64,000 nucleotides of DNA from an uncultured Hormoscilla sp. Its GTDB lineage: Bacteria; Cyanobacteriota; Cyanobacteriia; Cyanobacteriales; Desertifilaceae. The DNA is taken from positions 2,528,001-2,592,000 of the forward strand of contig OZ001293.3 in NCBI GenBank assembly GCA_963921275.4, given 5' to 3'. A program made the translations under genes and the position numbers. Shown here piece by piece: positions 1 through 12,132 of this stretch; position 1 is the first letter of the stretch, and each line of letters begins with the position of its first letter. A model generated the notes under the pieces. The model was not told the DNA's origin, made no database searches, and saw only the letters and a program-made list of their open reading frames with translations.

Positions 1-647
1 TTTCGCTCTAAATACCTGATCGCTGCCAGTGGCATCATCGATCATCTCCCCCAGCTACCAAATATGCAGAATGTCTATGACTATGCTGGATACAATCTGC
101 ATGTCTGCATGATCTGTGATGGTTACGAGATGTCTGATAAGAATTGCGGGTTGTTCGTTGGTTCCGAAAGCGCGATAAATACAGCTTTTGTCTTGAATTG
201 GTTTAGCCCCTACATCACCGTGTTTACTCAGGAGCTGTTTGCAGTCGGTATGGAAATAAACTGGCAGAACATGGCTATCCCCTAGTTGAGCAGCCCATCA
301 AACGCTTTTTGGGGCATAATCATGAAATGACCGGGGTAGAACTGGCCGATGGCTCGACAGTTGAACTGGAAACGGGACTGGTGGCGATGGGTTCTCACTA
401 CCACAATGAATATCTCCAGGGTTTGGATCTAGAGTGGCAGGGCCATAACTTGGTTACCTATGATATGTGTCGTACTTCCCATCCTCGCTTATTTGCCTTG
501 GGATACTTAAAAGTAGGTCTCAATCAGGTGTCAATTGCTGTAGCAGATGGTACATTAGCAGCAACGGCAATTTGGCGAGATATCCGTCGTGCATCACAGG
601 CACGTCGCTGGGAAGAGAAGATCGAAGACTATGGGGCAGTAAGTTAA
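1..647 (+). pseudogene. NAD(P)/FAD-dependent oxidoreductase (thioredoxin-reductase-like), 5' partial, frameshifted
   Basis: CMICDG (CxxCDG) motif in the first frame; C-terminal TSHPRLFALG...QVSIAVADG in a second frame; frameshift near 255-290. Confidence 0.75.
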
Positions 648-662
648 CGGAGCTATAAAAAA

Positions 663-1217
663 GTGACTACTACTACCGACGATACTACTGTTAATCCCGA
701 ACAGCTACAAGCAGAAATGACTCACTTGCGCGAAGAGTTACAGATGCGCGACCAGCTGGTGCAACAATTGTCTCAAGAGCTTTTCCGATTGGTTAAAGGC
801 AATGCTAGTTTTATGCCTAATCAATTAGAATCTGAAGGTAATATGGCCCAAATTCAGGCTCTGCAAGAGCAGCTACGAGGCTTTTCCGAACAGATAGGAT
901 TTTATCAAGAGCAAATTGCCTCTCGGGATGCGGAAATTTACCAACTGCGGCATACAGTGCAGGAATTGACTGACCGTAGTCGGATGTTGGAAATGGCAGT
1001 ACAGGAATTGCCTCATATATATCGCCAGAAGTTTGCGGAAAGGATAGAACCGGTGAAAGAAAGACTGGATATGCTGCAACGGGAAAACCGTCAACTGCAT
1101 GCAGAATTGCAAAGTGTGAGTTACCGTCTGGCTGTCAAAACCCGCAGCGCGATCGATTTGCCTTCTTTCCCTCCGTTAGATTCTGACGATGCGGGTGGCC
1201 AGACTGGTAAAGCATGA
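663..1217 (+). CDS. conserved cyanobacterial coiled-coil protein (Npun_F5560-like)
   Basis: 184-aa ORF with RDQLVQQLSQELFRLVKGN and LQRENRQLHAELQSVSYRLA. Confidence 0.7.
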   Translation: MTTTTDDTTVNPEQLQAEMTHLREELQMRDQLVQQLSQELFRLVKGNASFMPNQLESEGNMAQIQALQEQLRGFSEQIGFYQEQIASRDAEIYQLRHTVQELTDRSRMLEMAVQELPHIYRQKFAERIEPVKERLDMLQRENRQLHAELQSVSYRLAVKTRSAIDLPSFPPLDSDDAGGQTGKA

Positions 1218-1579
1218 GTAAATATTCAGATATTAGCAATCGGCATATAGCAGTAAGCTGATCGTATCAGGCTGAATGCTTACTGGACGCGATCGGTCCA
1301 ATCGATCGGAAGTCAAATGTAGCTAATAATAGGATATGATGGTCTTAGAGGATGTTTGGAAACACGTAGAGGTAAGAAATGTTTCAGGCTAGTCTGCGTA
1401 GCATGAGTCGAATCATAGCTATGTAGATAAAGGATTCTGGTGACGCCGGTAAGCGCTCATAATCCATGTTGAGACGACGGCACCAATGCAACCATCCGTA
1501 GGTGCGCTCAACTGGACACCACCGAGGCAGCAGGGTAAATCCTTTGACTCCCACCGGTCGTTGGACCACTTCCAGATAA

Positions 1580-1677
1580 GGAACAAGGATTAAACAAGAT
1601 GCTCATCCGAGAAGCCATAAAGTATTGTCAGCGCGGGCGTTTCAGACGAGTTTGACACGTTATTAAATCCTCATTCC
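1580..1677. mobile_element. 98-bp MITE inside the IS5 transposase
   Basis: imperfect TIRs GGAACAAGGATT/AATCCTCATTCC; TAA duplicated on both sides; removing it restores the frame DTFSPYLEVV. Confidence 0.75.
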
Positions 1678-1864
1678 TAAGGGCTGAAGGTATCCATGAC
1701 CCAGCGAAGAAAATCCGCCCCCGAAAAACCTTGATCGACCCAGATGCGAACCAGTCTCCGGAAACGTTGACCCTCCTCTTGTAGACAATTGAGGACAACT
1801 TGTCGCTCCCTCACCCATGGCTGCGCCACGCTGCGCGCTCGGGTACACTAGCGGCAACGACCTT

Positions 1865-2345
1865 CCCGCTGCTGAGACTTGCGTTGCTCGTCCACAAAAC
1901 TGCGGTTTCGACCTATCCGCAGACTCAGACAGCGTTTTTATTCGTTCCGAGCCCAAGATTGATTGGCAGTTTAGGGCGGTTCAATTTACCCGATCGCAAC
2001 TCGGAGAAAACGGCTATCACACGTAAAAATGCCATGAGTCTTGCGCGATCGAGGTTGGCATGTTTGATTCAGATTGCCACCTATGGATAGGACACTTTTC
2101 TAGAACCTGTTTGCCCATACTGCCTCCCCATTACCGCCAGTGTGCCTATCTGCTTTGGCTCTGATTGCGGCCTGTTACCAGCTTCACTCTTTGGAGTTCC
2201 GAGTCCAATCGGTGTGGTCAGGTCGGGAGTCACTGTGTCTCCTACAGGACGGGACTTGCACCCGCATCCAAGGGTCAGTTAGGAAGTTTCTCGGGTGTTC
2301 CCGGACGTTTTCCTCCCAGGCTATGGATTTGGGAACGAATCGCAC
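1865..2345 (-). mobile_element. group II intron 5' fragment (domain I to about II/III) inserted in the IS5 terminal repeat
   Basis: starts GTGCGATTCGTTC at 2345; domain I closing GGAACGAA near 1945; EBS1/EBS2 complementary to the flanking TIR; no domain V seen; inner end approximate. Confidence 0.75.
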
Positions 2346-2626
2346 TCGTGTTTCCAAACATCCTCTTAGGCTCAAAGGGCTATATCTCTTACTGGGTGAG
2401 GGTTTCAGGCGATCCTTTTATATAGACGCTTCGTATGTGCCGCCCTACTAGTTCCTAAGGTAAAGAAGCATTTGTGAACGGCGGGCGGCTATCCTCCCCG
2501 AGAATGGAGAGCTTACCCACCGCATGAGGCTGTAAATTGGGGCTAGTTTTTGTCAAAATTATCAATAATCATCAATAATCATCAATAGAGAGAGTACTAG
2601 AAATCTAGATAGAGAGGATTGGCACT

Positions 2627-3823
2627 ATGCGGTGGAAAAAGGATTCCCGCGCCTTGCGCCTTCTGGGTACCCATGTTTTGGCCTTCGCTCTAGGAGCATT
2701 GCTCGCCCTGAGTGCGGTTTTACCTTCCCAAGCAGATCCCTTACCTGATCGGGCTAAAGTAAAAATACCCCCATCTGCGGTAGAACTGCAAATCCCTCAA
2801 GCTGGCACAAACTTTGTGACAGCAGCGGTGCAGCAGGTAGGGCCTGCGGTGGTCAGAATTGACACGGAGCGCATTGTCACCCGTAACTTCGATCCGTTTT
2901 TTGACGACCCCTTCTTCAATCGCTTTTTTGGTGACAGGTTCCGGCAGCAATTGCCACGGGAAGAACGTCAGCGGGGACAGGGTTCGGGTTTCATTGTTGA
3001 ACGCAAGGGGGTCATTTTGACCAATGCCCATGTAGTGAGTGGAGCCGATCAAGTGACGGTGACGCTCAAGGATGGACGCGAGTTTGAAGGAACGGTGCTA
3101 GGTAAAGATAAGGTGACAGACCTGGCAGTTGTCAAGATTAATGGTGATAATTTGCCTGTGGCTAAGTTGGGAGACTCTGCTGGCGTGCAGGTGGGAGACT
3201 GGGCGATCGCGGTTGGCAACCCCTTAGGATTGGACAATACTGTTACTTTGGGCATTGTCAGTACCCTCAACCGTTCTTCTTCAGAGGTTGGCATTCCTGA
3301 CAAGCGCGTGGACTTCATTCAAACTGATGCGGCGATCAATCCTGGTAATTCCGGCGGTCCGCTGTTGAACTCACGGGGTGAAGTGATTGGCATTAACACG
3401 GCTATTCGTGCTAACGCGAATGGTATTGGCTTTGCTATCCCAATCGATAAAGCTAAAGCGATTAAAGACAAGTTGGCCCGTGGAGAAGAGATTCCTCACC
3501 CCTATATTGGAGTGCGCATTGCCAACCTGACACCGGAACTGGCAAGGGAAAACAATAGCGACCCCAATTCATCGATAGTACTGCCAGAAACTACTGGCGT
3601 ATTGGTGGTGGAAGTGATGCGTGATACGCCTGCAGCTAGGGCTGGTTTGCGTCGGGGAGATGTGATTGTCGAAATTGATGGGAAACCTGTTACTACCGCC
3701 GAGCAGTTGCAGAAGATGGTCGATCGCAGTGGTGTTGGGAAGGTACTGCAAGTTAAGCTAATACGCAACAACCAAGCCCAGCAACTTTCGATCGAGACAG
3801 TTCAACTGCGAGATATTCTGTGA
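2627..3823 (+). CDS. HhoA/HtrA-family serine protease with PDZ domain
   Basis: LTNAHVV, DLAVVKI, IQTDAAINPGNSGGPL; C-terminal PDZ; signal-like N-terminus. Confidence 0.93.
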   Translation: MRWKKDSRALRLLGTHVLAFALGALLALSAVLPSQADPLPDRAKVKIPPSAVELQIPQAGTNFVTAAVQQVGPAVVRIDTERIVTRNFDPFFDDPFFNRFFGDRFRQQLPREERQRGQGSGFIVERKGVILTNAHVVSGADQVTVTLKDGREFEGTVLGKDKVTDLAVVKINGDNLPVAKLGDSAGVQVGDWAIAVGNPLGLDNTVTLGIVSTLNRSSSEVGIPDKRVDFIQTDAAINPGNSGGPLLNSRGEVIGINTAIRANANGIGFAIPIDKAKAIKDKLARGEEIPHPYIGVRIANLTPELARENNSDPNSSIVLPETTGVLVVEVMRDTPAARAGLRRGDVIVEIDGKPVTTAEQLQKMVDRSGVGKVLQVKLIRNNQAQQLSIETVQLRDIL

Positions 3824-3825
3824 AG

Positions 3826-3858
3826 ATTGCGAATCGCGAATTGCGAATTGCGAATTGC
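3826..3858 (+). repeat. heptamer tandem repeat (ATTGCGA)n
   Basis: direct reading; STRR-like. Confidence 0.7.
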
Positions 3859-3959
3859 AATGGGTAGTGGTCAAGATGTAGTGATTTGGGTGTTGCACAA
3901 GGACGGGATGATAAGTAATTGCCGATTATAATAATCGGCAATTACTTATCATAAGTTTA

Positions 3960-5119
3960 TGTTGCACATTTTTGGGATGATACTAGCCAAACGTCAGTTT
4001 GGGATAAGGAGGAAAGGGAGAACTCTGGTAAGCTGAAGATTGTAAAACCTCGTTCAGCCAAGTTCTCCCATGTCTAGTTTAGAAGAACTTTTCTGCCACA
4101 TAGATGACTTCTGCCAAGAATTTGAACCCCAATGGCAAAAACAGATGCTCAGCCACGGCTTAAAAACCCGAAAACGAGCCATCCGACTGCGCCTGAGCGA
4201 AATCATGACGATTCTGGTCGCCTTCCATCAGCATCACTACCGCACTTTCAAACACTTCTACCTCGAACAGGTCTGTCGGTACTGGCATCGTGCCTTTCCG
4301 GGATTGGTCAGCTACACGCGCTTTATTGAATGGATACCTTCTGCATTGATTCCTCTGAGCGTTTATCTCAAACACTGTTTTGGTCAATGCACGAGCATCA
4401 GTTTTATGGATTCGACAAAGCTATAAGTCTGCCATAATCGCCGAATCAAGCAACATCAAGTAAAGACCTTGCCCCTCGAGGAAAAACCTCAGTGGATTGG
4501 TTTTTTGGCTTTAAGTTACATTTAGTTGTCAATGAGTTTGGGGAATTAGTGAATATACAAATCACCCCCGACAATAGGGATGACCGAAAACCAGTTCCTG
4601 ATTTGTTGAAAGACTTATTTGGCAAAGTTTTTGCGGATCGAGGCTAGGTTTCTCAGGCTTGAGCACAAGAACTCTTTGAGACTTATGGCATCGAGTTTTT
4701 CGTCAAACCTCGTCGCAATATGAAGAACAAATTAATGCGGCTTACCGACAAGTTACTGGCCCGTAAACGAGCCATCATCGAGACGATTATCGACCAACTT
4801 AAAAATATTTCTCAGATTGAACACTCTCGTCATCGTAGCCCCGTGAATTTCTGCATCAAAGTTCTGTGCGGCTTAATTTCTTACTGCCACCAGCCGCAGA
4901 AGCCTTCGCTTCAGTTAGACTGGGTTTTACCTGCTTCGGCTTAACCCGAACTGACGTTAGCCAATGGTTGAAAATTAGCGCAGCGTGTTCCCAGGCGGGA
5001 GCCTCTTAACGAGGAAAATTGAAAATTGTTCGTTCAGACATCGAGCTATGACTACTTCTGACTATTTGAATTCACTGCCAACAATTAGCAACCCCTATCA
5101 TCCCGTAGTTGTGCAACGC
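3960..5119. mobile_element. IS1-derived MITE interrupted by IS982
   Basis: ends GTTGCACATTTTTGGGATGATA and CATCCCGTAGTTGTGCAACGC match the IS1 at 44548 and the MITE at 34076. Confidence 0.65.
3991..4957 (+). mobile_element. IS982-family element with transposase pseudogene (4070-4944)
   Basis: TIRs ACGTCAGTT(T/C)GG; 7-bp duplication TAGCCAA; LEELFCHIDDF...[21 protein letters not shown] with internal stops. Confidence 0.9.
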
Positions 5120-5213
5120 TAATTTATAATTAGTAGAAGCTGATTTTACCCAGAAGTATCAATTAGTAGTATAATGGATATTAAGGCTAATATATAATTT
5201 CAAGGAGTTGAAC

Positions 5214-5345
5214 ATGAAATGTTTACAATGTGATTCTGAACTTATCAATAAAAATGGCCATCGGCTTGGTAAGCAAAATTTTATTTTTAAAAATTGTGGC
5301 CGCCAGCTTATTGAAGATTATTCTCCACGAGGGGATCTGAAAGAA
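5214..5345 (+). pseudogene. IS1 insA N-terminal fragment
   Basis: MKCLQCDSELINKNGHRLGKQNF, homologous to the IS1 start near 44706. Confidence 0.6.
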
Positions 5346-5720
5346 GTGAAATGCTGGTAATGATTTCAATTTTTGGAGAGGTCTAATTGTCAACAAGCCT
5401 CTTGGCCCTAGTCTATTAATCAAACTTGATAAATTCATCTTTGTTGTCTATCGACTGAAAATTTATAGATTCTCGTCTCCCCCTGGGGAGATATACCCCC
5501 GAGCACTTTACGAAAAATTACCGATTACTAAAGTGACTCTATAATGGTGTTGCTCCGCTGGGTAAATGCTGCTAAGCAAGGCGCGGAGTTAGATTAATTA
5601 CTAGGGAGCCCGAGCGCGAATAACATTCCGAATGGCTTGACAACCAGGATATATTGGTGTGAGAGAAAAAAGTAAAAGTTACAGCATGAAAAGTTGAATA
5701 AATGCGTCGCTATTCCTTAA

Positions 5721-6378
5721 CGGGACTTAAACAAAAACTTCCCATTAAAGCGACTGAATTGCATGTATAATAGGGATTATACGTCAACGAGCACAGTCTC
5801 ATGATAGTATGGTGATGTACGGAGTTTGCCGAATCTAGTAATTATCAGTAATCTTATTTATAATTTATAGATTTGGGCTACGTATCTGCACTGATTTAAG
5901 GCAAAAATGAAATGAAAGAAATAACTATTCAGGCCATGCCACCTTGTTTCGATAGATGGTGCCGTCGTTTTGACGATCTATTTACTCGCCAAGCCCAAGG
6001 AAGAGAGTTCCGTAATTATTTAAGTGGGTTATTAGGAGAAAGTGAGCGAAAAAATATCGCCCAAATGTCAAAAAATACTGTGGGTGTTTCTTATCATAAA
6101 ATGCATCACTTTATAACCGAATCTCCTTGGGATGCTGATTGTGTGAATGAAAGGCGATTAGAGATAATGACGCTCTGCCGTCAAACAAAACCTAGGCAAA
6201 ATTTTAGCTTAATAGTGGACGATACAGGTCATCGCAAAAGCGGAACAATAACTGAAGAGGTAGGCGGTGTCACTTGACAGGCATGAGAATATAGTATCTC
6301 ATGCCTGTCAAGTGACACCGGGAAGACAATATATTGGGGAAGTTGGCAAAACTGATAATGGTCTTGTAATGGTAACAA
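5721..6378 (+). mobile_element. IS701-family element, 5' fragment
   Basis: left end CGGGACTTA; MPPCFDRWCRRFDDLF...LIVDDTGHRKSG...RQYIGEVGKTDNG; truncated by IS1634. Confidence 0.8.
6265..6320. repeat. 56-bp perfect hairpin insert in the IS701 transposase
   Basis: 24-bp arms CGGTGTCACTTGACAGGCATGAGA, 8-nt loop; GG on both sides; splits EVG|RQY. Confidence 0.8.
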
Positions 6379-8882
6379 CCTACATTCCGCACGACAAATG
6401 TATTACATATTTAACATTGGGGACTATCAACTCTTCTCTTGGATTAAAAATAGAGACAAATATGACTCCTGATTCCCTTATTTAACCTAAAAATTTCTAC
6501 TTACCTTCAACGAGTAACCTACTTGATAGAACGGTACTAAAATTTACTTAAAATTGCTCATCATCAAGTTACTCAGAGGTGCATTTCCCCCAAGCAATAC
6601 TTTGAAGTAACGTTTTTTTTAACAAGATTTAAATTAGTAAATAGTACCGCGCTCCATGCTGGAGGAAAGAATTTCAAAAAGTGTAAACGCTCCTCATTAA
6701 TATTTGAAATCTGTTTAATGCCGTGTTCGATATAGATATGTATTGACTGAAAACATTGAAATATCCAACGCAAAGTTGGTCTATCAGTCAAACGACCTAA
6801 CTGATTTTTTACTCCTGAACCTGTCCGTTTAAGCGTCTTCCTTATCTGGGCCACCTTATACACTAACAAAGATAACGCCATAATTAAATGCTTCTATCCG
6901 CTTTGGGGATTTGAGAAATACACTATCTGCAAAAAACATCGGGTCTTTCAGAAAAGCAAAACATCTTTCTACTGACTGTTGTTTATTTTTGTATGTAGAC
7001 AGCATTTTTTCCGAAGTTAACGCATCAACATCGAGCACGTTCGTTGCTAAAATAAACCTACCGGCCTGTTTTTTTAACTGTTCTACTTTTTCTGAACAAA
7101 TACTAACAGTTGCTTGAATTTGATAGTGGCAGTCTGAGGAACCCTTCTCATCTTTTATTAAAATCGGCTGGGTCTTCCGTCAATTGATGAAATCTTGACT
7201 TCTTTAATAGCTTATTAGCTGCTTTAATAGCATCCGGTTTGCAAGCAAATTGTTGCTTTCTTAACTCTTTTAATTTCTTTGACGCAACTTTTGACTCTTT
7301 TTTTATTTTTTCCTCTAACCTCTTAAGGTCTGCTTCTCTACGTTTTTGACTTTCAACAACTAGCCACCAATGTTGCAACTTAAAATAACGCTCCACGCTG
7401 CTCGTTTTTATATGTGGAGAGCATTTTTTCTGAATTTAGCGCCAATTGATCGAGTTGATTAATTGCTAAAATAAAGCCTCGGTTTTTTTGATGTTGCATT
7501 TGCTCGATACATTCACTAATAGTTGCCTTGATAGTGGCAAGAAGAAGAACCTGTGAAAATGGATTGAGTTTTTATTTCGGTTAGTTCACGATGATTTTTT
7601 TAATAGCTTCTTTGCAGCTATTATAGCATCCGGGTCACAAGGAAATTCCCGAGAACTTAATTCTTTTAATTTCTTTTGGGCAACAGGTAAATATTTGTCG
7701 ATTTTATCCTCTAATTTTGTCTGATTCCCGACGACTTTCAATCAACTAGTCATCTTTGCTCTATATCTCCATAGTTTTGCTTTACTTCTAGGTAACGATA
7801 TCCCACCTGCTCGTAAGAGATAAAATTCTCTGTATCCGCCTCCGTGACTAACTTATTGGCTGCTTTAATAGTAAGTATAACTCGCGATAACCACTTGACA
7901 TCACCTAAGATTTGCAAATTTTCTTGCGTATATAATGCTGCATCAGCTACCATTAATCCTGAAAATTAAAAGGTTTTTTTGAACTCTGTTATTGCTGAAT
8001 TTCTTTTTGGTCTGATGCATTTCCATCTCCCATCTTCATCCATAAGGGAATAGCTCCATCTCCTGAACAAATCAACTGCATTGTATATTGTTTTAAGTTT
8101 GGTCTCTGGGGGAGCATCTCAGATTTGTGAATCAACAAGCAATAAGATTATTTTAGATTTGAGATTCCCGATTTGAGATCGTCACGATCTCAGAATTTAT
8201 AGATTGAGAAAACTAGCTCTGTGCGGGACTTTCAGGTTTACCAAATGCAAGCCAGCAATTAGCGAGAATTATTGCCAAAGCGCAAAAGTGAGATGCACCC
8301 GGTCTCTGGTCTCTATCCATGTGTTATTTTTATCGGTCTAGGTGAGACAACTTTCACCTCTACTTCTGATGTTTTGTATTCTCCATGAACATGAAATGAA
8401 CTTAAATCGTGCTGTTTCCCTTTTGATTTGAGATTTTTTTAATACCTCTAACACCACTAAATATTTCTCCAATCAAGATCGCAGATATTCCGGTTTGACT
8501 CCAACTCCAATTAAGTGTTAAGCATGCTTTTCCCTCAAAAAATCTGGTAAACAGGTATAAGGGTGCTGACACTAATCCTAAAGCATTTATTATCATTGCT
8601 TTAACAACTTGACCAGAGCTGATTTTCTCTAATGAGTGTTTTTCCAATCGCCGGTTAATTATCGATTCTATTCCTATTTCATCGATGATTCCGGCCACTA
8701 ATCCCAGATGCTCTAGATTGGCAATTTCCATCTGCAAGTATCTGAACTTCTTTCACGTTCCCTTGTAACTCAATTTTGGGATTTTGGGGCAAATTTTTTC
8801 CTATCCTGAGTATTTATACTCAATTAAGTACTACATTTGTCGCACAGACATGGTATATTACAATTTGTCGTGCGGAATATGG
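6379..8882 (-). mobile_element. IS1634-family element with fragmented transposase
   Basis: TIRs CC(T/A)(A/T)(C/A)-TTCCGCACGACAAA at both ends; NLEHLGLVAGIIDEIGI, VADAALY, VERCFAFLKDP, QLGRLTDRPTLRWIFQCF. Confidence 0.85.
8110..8300. mobile_element. 191-bp MITE
   Basis: TIRs GGG(A/T)GCATCTCA; 9-bp duplication GGTCTCTGG at 8101-8109 and 8301-8309. Confidence 0.85.
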
Positions 8883-9250
8883 GTTACGGTTGAGAGCACC
8901 TCAATACGAATGATGCTCATCGAACAATCGGCGGATTGCCGAAAGTGATACCCATGCCAGCAACGTGCTTCTACTGTCTCGCCTTCATCGGTAGTCCACT
9001 GTTGTCGCTCATCGGCAACTGGCCAGGTGGATGGATCGCAAGAGCAAGAACTTGTGGCCATGTTTTCGCGAGGGACGACCTTTGCCACTGTAGGAGGGTG
9101 GCTCTCCATAGACACAGCGTAAGGAGCGCAATAGTGCCAATAGCGATACAGGAGAGTCTGCCAGACCCTTAACTAGCGTAGCATTGCCATATTCCGCATC
9201 AAACAACACTCTTCTCTTGCTTGGCATCTAACAGGGGGATGAGGGTTATG

Positions 9251-11670
9251 GTGCGATTCGTTTAGAGTAAAATGACTTGACACGTGTCAAAAAAGGGGAC
9301 CGCTAGCAGGGTTTCAATAGCCCTGACAACTTACAGATGATGGTGGTGAAAGCCCACCCCTCCAGGTGCTCTCGTGACAGCATCCTCCCGACGGTAGCGA
9401 TGGCATCAATCCGTAAAGCGGGAAGGAAAGGCGCTCTAACTGGTAGCCTAAACCGGTCATCGTCGAGCAAGTAGTCATGATGAGCGCAAGCAAAGGTTCA
9501 TAAGTGTCGTCAACATCAACCAGTGTAATAAGGCTGAGACACTGGCCCAAAAGGGAAAGGATAATGGTCATTAGCGGTTGTAATCCGACTAATAAGCACT
9601 GACAACAAACCCGGCATATAGAATCCATCTAAAACTACGATTAATCATCTGTAGGAACGAAGTAACCCAGCTAGGCACTCTCCATCACCGGTCGATAGAT
9701 GGAGTAGTCACCAAAGACGCAACATCTGCTCTCATTTGGCAGGTCATAGCTGGGAAAGATTGAGTGGAGAAGCAAACGCCTATCTGTAATGGATGGGATA
9801 AGCTGACGCCCTCACGGTTTTGTCAATTGTGAAGTTGTGAGTAGTAGTTAATATGTCACGGAACTTAGCCGAAAAGCAAGAGTATGAATGGAAGGAGGTG
9901 CCCTGGCAGGAGCTGGAGCGCCGATCGCGCTAGCGTGGCGCCAGCCATGTCTTCAAGCTACAAAAGCGAATTTACAGAGCGGCACAGGAAGGCAACAAGC
10001 GGAAAGTTCGCAAGCTCCAAGGGTTACTAAATAGGTCATGGTCCACGAAGATGATAGCGGTGAGACAGGTAACACAACAAAACCAAGGAAAGAATGCGGC
10101 TGGTGTGGATGGTGTGAAAGCACTGACTATGGAGCAGCGACTGGAACTGGTAAGTCAGCTCAGAGTATCCAGGAAGGCAAAGGCGAAACCTACACTGCGT
10201 GTATGGATACCTAAGCCAGGAAGGGACGAAAAGCGGCCACTAGGAAGACCGACGATGCACGACCGCGCACTTCAGGGATTGGTCAAACAGTCGCTTGAGC
10301 CCGAATGGGAAGCGTACATGGAAGCCAATTCCTACGGATTCAGACCAGGAAGGGGATGCCACGATGCGATCGAAACGATATTCACCAGCACCAACAAGAA
10401 ACCAAAATGGGTGTTAGATGCGGATATTGCGAAATGTTTCGACAAAATTGACCACTCAGCGCTCCTAGAGAAATTGAATACAACATCACCAATCCGTAGA
10501 CAGATACGGGCATGGCTAAAAGCCGGGGTGATGGACCAGGGAATATGGCAGGACACAGAAGCCGGAACTCCTCAAGGCGGAGTAATATCACCATTGCTAG
10601 CCAATATAGCCCTACATGGGTTGGAAAAGGTAGTGATGAGTCTTGCCCGCACAAAGAGAGAGGAAAAGAAACTAACGATAGTCAGGTACGCCGATGATTT
10701 TGTGGTAATGCACGATGACCGGTCAATGATTGAGCGAGCACAAGGAGTGATTGAGGAGTGGTTGAAGGGAATAGGACTAGAGCTAAAAGCCGAGAAAACC
10801 AGGATATCCCACACACTGGAAGGAGAAAACCCCGGATTTGACTTCCTAGGGTTCAATATCCGACAATACAAAGTAGGGAAACACAGAAGCGGCAAACTCA
10901 GCAACGGAACCCCCCTAGGATTCAAGACCCTAATCAAGCCTAGCGATAAATCCATTAGGAATCATAAAGAGCAACTATCACAGATAGTTCGCCGCCATAA
11001 ATCGGCACCACAGACAGCCTTGATAGTCAAACTAAACCCAATGATAAGGGGATGGAGCAACTACTTCAAGACGGTGGTAAGTAAGGAAACTTACAGCGAC
11101 ATGGATAGCTACCTATGGGAGCTGCTGTGGCAATGGGCAAAGAGAAGGCATCCCAATAAATCGGGCGAATGGATTGCCAAAAATTATTGGGCCATGACCG
11201 GTAAGGACCGGTGGAGGTTCATCGGTAAATCCAAGAAAGGAGAAATAAAGCTAATCCGGCACTCTGAAACTGAAATAATCAGACACACAAAGGTAAAGGA
11301 AACAGCTAGCCCGCTTGACGGTAACCTAGTCTACTGGAGCCAGAGATTACGAAAGAGCCCGGACGTAAGCATGAGAGTGATTAACCTGCTCAAGAGGCAG
11401 GATGGCAAGTGCCAGCATTGCGGACTAACGTTTAAGGACGGCGACAAATGGGAAGTGGACCACATCCTGCCAACCTCACTGGGAGGTAAGGACTGGTACT
11501 CCAACCTACAGTTGCTGCACGACTACTGCCATGATTATAAATCTGCCAGGGATGGCAGCAAAGGCCGTATCCATGACAAGGATGACGAAACTGAGGAGCC
11601 GGATGAGGTGAAAGTCTCACGTCCGGTTTTGAAGACGAGTCGGTACGGTGACGTACTGGCTTAGTTTAAT
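9251..11670 (+). mobile_element. group II intron (IIB, chloroplast-like class), full length, antisense within a transposase
   Basis: 5' GTGCGATTCGTTT; domain V GAGCCGGATGAGGTGAAAGTCTCACGTCCGGTT; domain VI ending AAT; RT ORF in domain IV. Confidence 0.93.
9853..11664 (+). pseudogene. ltrA: group II intron RT/maturase/HNH protein; in-frame TAG at 9931 from a small insert, downstream ORF 10051-11664 open
   Basis: SYGFRPGR, DADIAKCFD, GTPQGGVISPLLANI, YADD, HNH CQHC..EVDH..H..CH; N-terminal W..VPW..LER|VFKLQKRIY in the same frame. Confidence 0.9.
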
Positions 11671-12132
11671 AGCAATCGCCTGAGTGGTCGGCGTTTCAAA
11701 CGAACCTTAGCGTTCATACAGCAGCGGTAACGCCCAACTGTCTCCCCCAGGCGGTATCCAGCTAATGGTGCTGTAGTCGTAGCCAATGGTGATCGGCGTA
11801 TGAATCGCAATTACTTCCGCTTGATGCACTATCATCCGGTCTTTCAGGGTCTTCGCCTCCGGACGGGGATAATCGGTATGATCCACGGCGAACACACTCA
11901 TATGAGCAGAGGGTACTTGAGAAGCCAATTGCTCGATGATCTCGCCACGTTGGGAACGACTATCTTCAAGAGCTTCGTAGACACTGGGCCATTGGCGGCG
12001 AAACAGTGGCGATAGGCTCAGGTGGACAAACGAACTGATGCATACGGTCGTGAGCACCGCATCCATCAGGTCAAAGATCGCCGAAACGCCCATTGCCCAA
12101 CAGATTATACACCGCTTGACGAAATTGACTAA

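Larger units (their letters stand above)
1348..2365 (-). mobile_element. IS5-family (IS1031-like) element, degenerate, containing nested inserts
   Basis: TIRs GAGGATGTTTGGAAACACG at 1348 and inverted ending at 2365; TTA duplicated at 1345-1347 and 2366-2368; transposase remnants IWVDQGFSG and VERTYGWL...RRLNMDYERL. Confidence 0.85.

Noticed and set aside
9853..11664. Retron or DGR reverse transcriptase
   Set aside because: YADD, maturase and HNH domains inside a complete group II intron; no TR/VR pair seen
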